This document shows, piece after piece, positions 60,819 through 64,000 of a stretch of DNA of 64,000 nt; position 1 is the first letter of the stretch, and each line of letters starts with the position of its first letter. Source of the stretch: Hydrolagus colliei. Its lineage: Eukaryota. The stretch lies in the NCBI GenBank assembly GCA_035084275.1, contig CM068745.1, positions 61,256,001 to 61,320,000 of the forward strand. The letters are read 5' to 3'. The notes below the pieces were generated by a model that did no database searches, was not told where the DNA came from, and saw only the letters and a program-made list of their open reading frames with translations. The position numbers and the translations under genes were made by a program.

Positions 60819-60921
60819 CTTCCACCTCTGACAATTATCTCCAACACTAACAGAGCAGAGCGGCCATATCCTCTCACAGTATATGATGAGAAGAAGCCCC
60901 TACATTGATTACATAGATTAT

Positions 60922-60960
60922 ATGCAAATTTGCATCTTTTGTAGCTCAGTTCCTCTTTCA
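60922..60960 (-). promoter_or_regulatory. palindromic double octamer plus IECS-type PU.1/IRF motif upstream of leader A
   Basis: ATGCAAATTTGCAT at 60922-60935 and TGAAAGAGGAACT (- strand) at 60948-60960, about 100-140 bp upstream of the ATG. Confidence 0.55.
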
Positions 60961-61304
60961 TTTTATGTACCACTGACCACCACCTTGTTACAAGGGACAA
61001 TTCACACAATATTTACTCAATTCACTCAAGATTGTGAACAAGTCATGTGAGAAGAAATGTTTGAAGATCAAATAGTGGTAGGATTTAGAGACAACAAAAT
61101 ACACAGTTAGCTATTGACCAAAAATACTTGTTTGGAGATTGCAATACAAATCAATAATATGGAAGAAATGTTAAAAATGCACATATAGTAAATTAAGAAA
61201 CAGCAAAACAACTTATGGAAATAAGTTCAGTTGGAATTAATCAGATGAGTTGTATTTATCAAAACAATAATTGTGCAATGGTAAAATGTATTAATGTTTC
61301 TCTC

Positions 61305-61590
61305 CATAATAATAATCTTTGAATTTGATATAGCACTTTTCACATCTTCGAGACGTCTCAAAGCGCTTCACACAATATACAGCAAAGTGAATTGACTGTA
61401 TATTTGTGGGTGAATTGCGGCAGCAAATTGTTCACAGCAGTGTCCCACAAACAGCCATGGATTGAAATGATCAATTTTATTATTGTGTTTTTTTTGGAGG
61501 GATAATTATTAGGTGTGTGGAGTAAGGAAACTTGGCCAAAGTTTTGCCCTGACCTGGCTGGAATTGAACACAGGTCTCACTCTTGTAATG
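61305..61590 (-). mobile_element. Deu-domain-like SINE
   Basis: Reverse complement of head remnant, core and (TAT)n tail. Confidence 0.75.
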
Positions 61591-62601
61591 ACAATGGAGA
61601 GAAAGCAGGCCAGTGGGATAGAGTTGGATTGCTCTTTTCGGAGCCAGCGCACACAGGATGGGCCGAATGGCCTTCTTCTATGTACTCACATTTTAAGCTA
61701 TTCTGGCTGTGACAATGAGTCTATGCAGGTTGATTTGAACAAATGAAGCCTGCACAGTAGCCGTTAAGAATGCTGTATCCCTCGGCTCCCCCATCCAAAA
61801 ACTCCTCTCCCCACCCTGTGAGCAGGAATAACTATTGGCTTCCAGACTGTATTCGGGACAACAATTTTCAGCTTCATTTTAAAATGAGCCTTTTACATTG
61901 TGGAAATCTCATACGTTTCTTGTAATCTTTAAATAGCTTTGCAATCAAATGTGAACTTGTTGTTGTTGTAATTTTAGTACAATGAAACATTTCGTAGAAT
62001 TAGATTACTCTTCACTGGGTCACATTGCTCGTTCTTATATGTTTGCAACCATTTCTTAATCGATTTTTATAAAACAATGATAATTCATCCAAACTCCTTG
62101 TCCTCCCGATTGTAAACAAAGGAATAGACCATTACCGCCCGCGTGTTCCCGGGTTCAAACGTTCAAGGTAAATAACAAATCTGCAGTAAATCTATCATTA
62201 AAGCGGGAAATCATCTTCCAAATACTTTCTTAAATCATCAGCCGAGCCATTATTGTTAGTTTCTGTAGAAAAGCGTCTCTTTCTGCAGCGACAACAAGAC
62301 GGTTAGTGACTTGTTGACTTGTATTGTACCTGTGTTGATGTGTCAGACTCTATATGTTACAGTGAATCTGCTCTGTGTTTATCTCTCACTCCTGACAGGT
62401 CACCCACATTGCCCACTCTGTGGGGATCAGTCCATTTCCAGTCTAATCTAAGATGTCCAAGTGCGGGGAGGATGTTGCAATGAATTCACTGTATCAGTGG
62501 AGACAGTGAGTGAGCGAGAGTCTGTGTCTGTCCCCAACATGGCCACAGCCCCGGGCTGGCTCCCTGACCACAGCACAGTCTCCACATTCACCTCCTCTCA
62601 C

Positions 62602-62668
62602 CTGAAGCGGCTCCAAGCGTCAGACAGACCAACAGCATCAGGGTCTCTGCCCACAAACAGCATCTCAT
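62602..62668 (-). CDS. signal-peptide exon, distal copy B, of the nectin/PVR-like gene
   Basis: MRCCLWAETLMLLVCLTLGAAS + G|GTGAGA; 67 nt, phase 1, intact. Confidence 0.85.
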
Positions 62669-63199
62669 CTTCCAGCTCCGCCATTTACTCCCAACAGTAA
62701 CAGAGCAGAGCGGCCATACCCTCTCACACTCAATGTGTAATGGGGAGGAGCGCAGTCACTCCCCTATATTGATTACGTAGCTTTAATGATATTTGAGGGC
62801 TTGAGGAATGGCGGTCGGGAGATTGGGAATGTCAAAATACTGCAAATGCTGGAATTCTGAAATAAAAACACAAGTTCCTGGGAACACTCAGGCAGCATCT
62901 ATGGAGAGAGGAAAGTGAGTTAACGCTTCAGGTCAATAATCTTTCTCAGTCGCCCCTGTTGTCAATTGCTGCAATATAATTTTATTTACTGGCTTGCCCA
63001 TTAATGTGCTTCCTTTGTAGATACCAAAAGATCTTTTCCTGTTTTTTATTTCGAGCGCCACTGACCATTTTGTTGCATTTTCCTTCCTGCCTCCCCCACT
63101 ACAGGACTCAACATGAGGGAGGAATGAATAGAAGGTTATCCTAATAGGCTTAGTTGAGGAAGGGCAAGAGGCATCTCATGTGGAAGCACAAAGGCCGGC

Positions 63200-63485
63200 A
63201 TAATAATAACAATCATCCTTGCATTTGATATAGCACTTTTCAAGCCTTCTAGACGTCTCAAAGCGCTTCATAGAATAGTCAATGTAAAGTGAATTGACTG
63301 TATGTTCGTGAGCAAAACATGGCAGCCAATTGAGCACAGCAGTGTCCCACAAACGGTCATGGATTGAAATTACCAATTTTATTTTCAGGGATTATTATTA
63401 AATTTGTGGATTAAGGAAATTTGCCCACGGTTTCATCCTGCCTGGAATGGAACCCAGGTCCCTCGCTTGTAAGGCAACTGTTTTA
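63200..63485 (-). mobile_element. Deu-domain-like SINE
   Basis: Reverse complement of head GAGTCCGGCAGCTCAGTGG, core and tail. Confidence 0.8.
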
Positions 63486-63604
63486 TCCACTGAGCTGCCG
63501 GACTCTCTGCATAAATTTGGAATCATTTGGGACGAATGGCCTGTTTCTGTGGCGTATATTCCAATGTATTCTATTGTATGATGTGACCCTCTGGTCGCGG
63601 AGAC

Positions 63605-64000
63605 ATTCAACAACAACAAAATTACATTTGTATAGCACCCTCATGTCGGGTGGACGTTACAGGGTAATGGACAGATAGTATGTTGGACGCTGACTGGGGG
63701 GGGGTCGGGATTGGGGAGGTGGAGGGCAAGCGGGAGAAGGAGGTTCATAGATAGCTCGGTCAACGAAGGGAGCCTTGAGGCGAGTCTTGATGGAGGCAAG
63801 GGATGGGGAAAAGGGGAGGGGAGAGATTGCGGGAAGGAATTCCAGAGTGTGGGGGCAGAGTGGCCGAGGTGGGGGAGGTGAACCAGCCTAGAGCCCATTG
63901 AGTGGAGGGAGCGGGCAGTTTGGCAGAGTGTTAGGAGATCGCAGATGTAGCGCGGAGCGAGGCAAAGGTGGGCTTTGAAGGTGAGGACCAGGAACTCAAA
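63605..64000 (-). mobile_element. L2 3' fragment running off the window end
   Basis: HSAPTLWNSFPQSL homology; AAC tail at about 63608. Confidence 0.75.

Larger units (their letters stand above)
59320..62780. repeat. tandem segmental duplication of promoter, leader exon and start of intron 1 (units about 59320-60916 and 61684-62780)
   Basis: Long near-identical blocks, e.g. 59617-59752 vs 62177-62310, 59907-60040 vs 62447-62568, 60719-60916 vs 62569-62780. Confidence 0.92.

Overview
Repeat-rich vertebrate genomic DNA. The retroelement repertoire (L2 with GTT tails, CR1, tRNA-headed Deu-domain-like SINEs) suggests a cartilaginous fish, but this is an inference. Two convergent, spliced, immune-type genes can be assembled by hand from splice sites and reading phase. 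(1) On the + strand, a short CARD-only protein gene (coding exons 8694-8997 and 16653-16846), followed by what looks like a decayed second CARD exon at about 22070-22556. (2) On the - strand, a nectin/PVR-family V-C2-C2 Ig receptor (exons 54981-55319, 52287-52580, 51456-51561, 49296-49444, a TM-like exon from 49195, and a probable tail exon). It has two intact, tandemly duplicated promoter plus signal-peptide exons (60752-60818 and 62602-62668). Both genes have nearby PU.1/IRF composite motifs, and the proximal leader has a palindromic double octamer. The rest is L2 and CR1 LINE fragments, SINEs, hAT elements (one with an intact BED-finger ORF and a near-perfect 83-nt hairpin), Tigger-type elements and microsatellites. 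TE boundaries are approximate unless TIRs/TSDs are quoted. No database searches were run.
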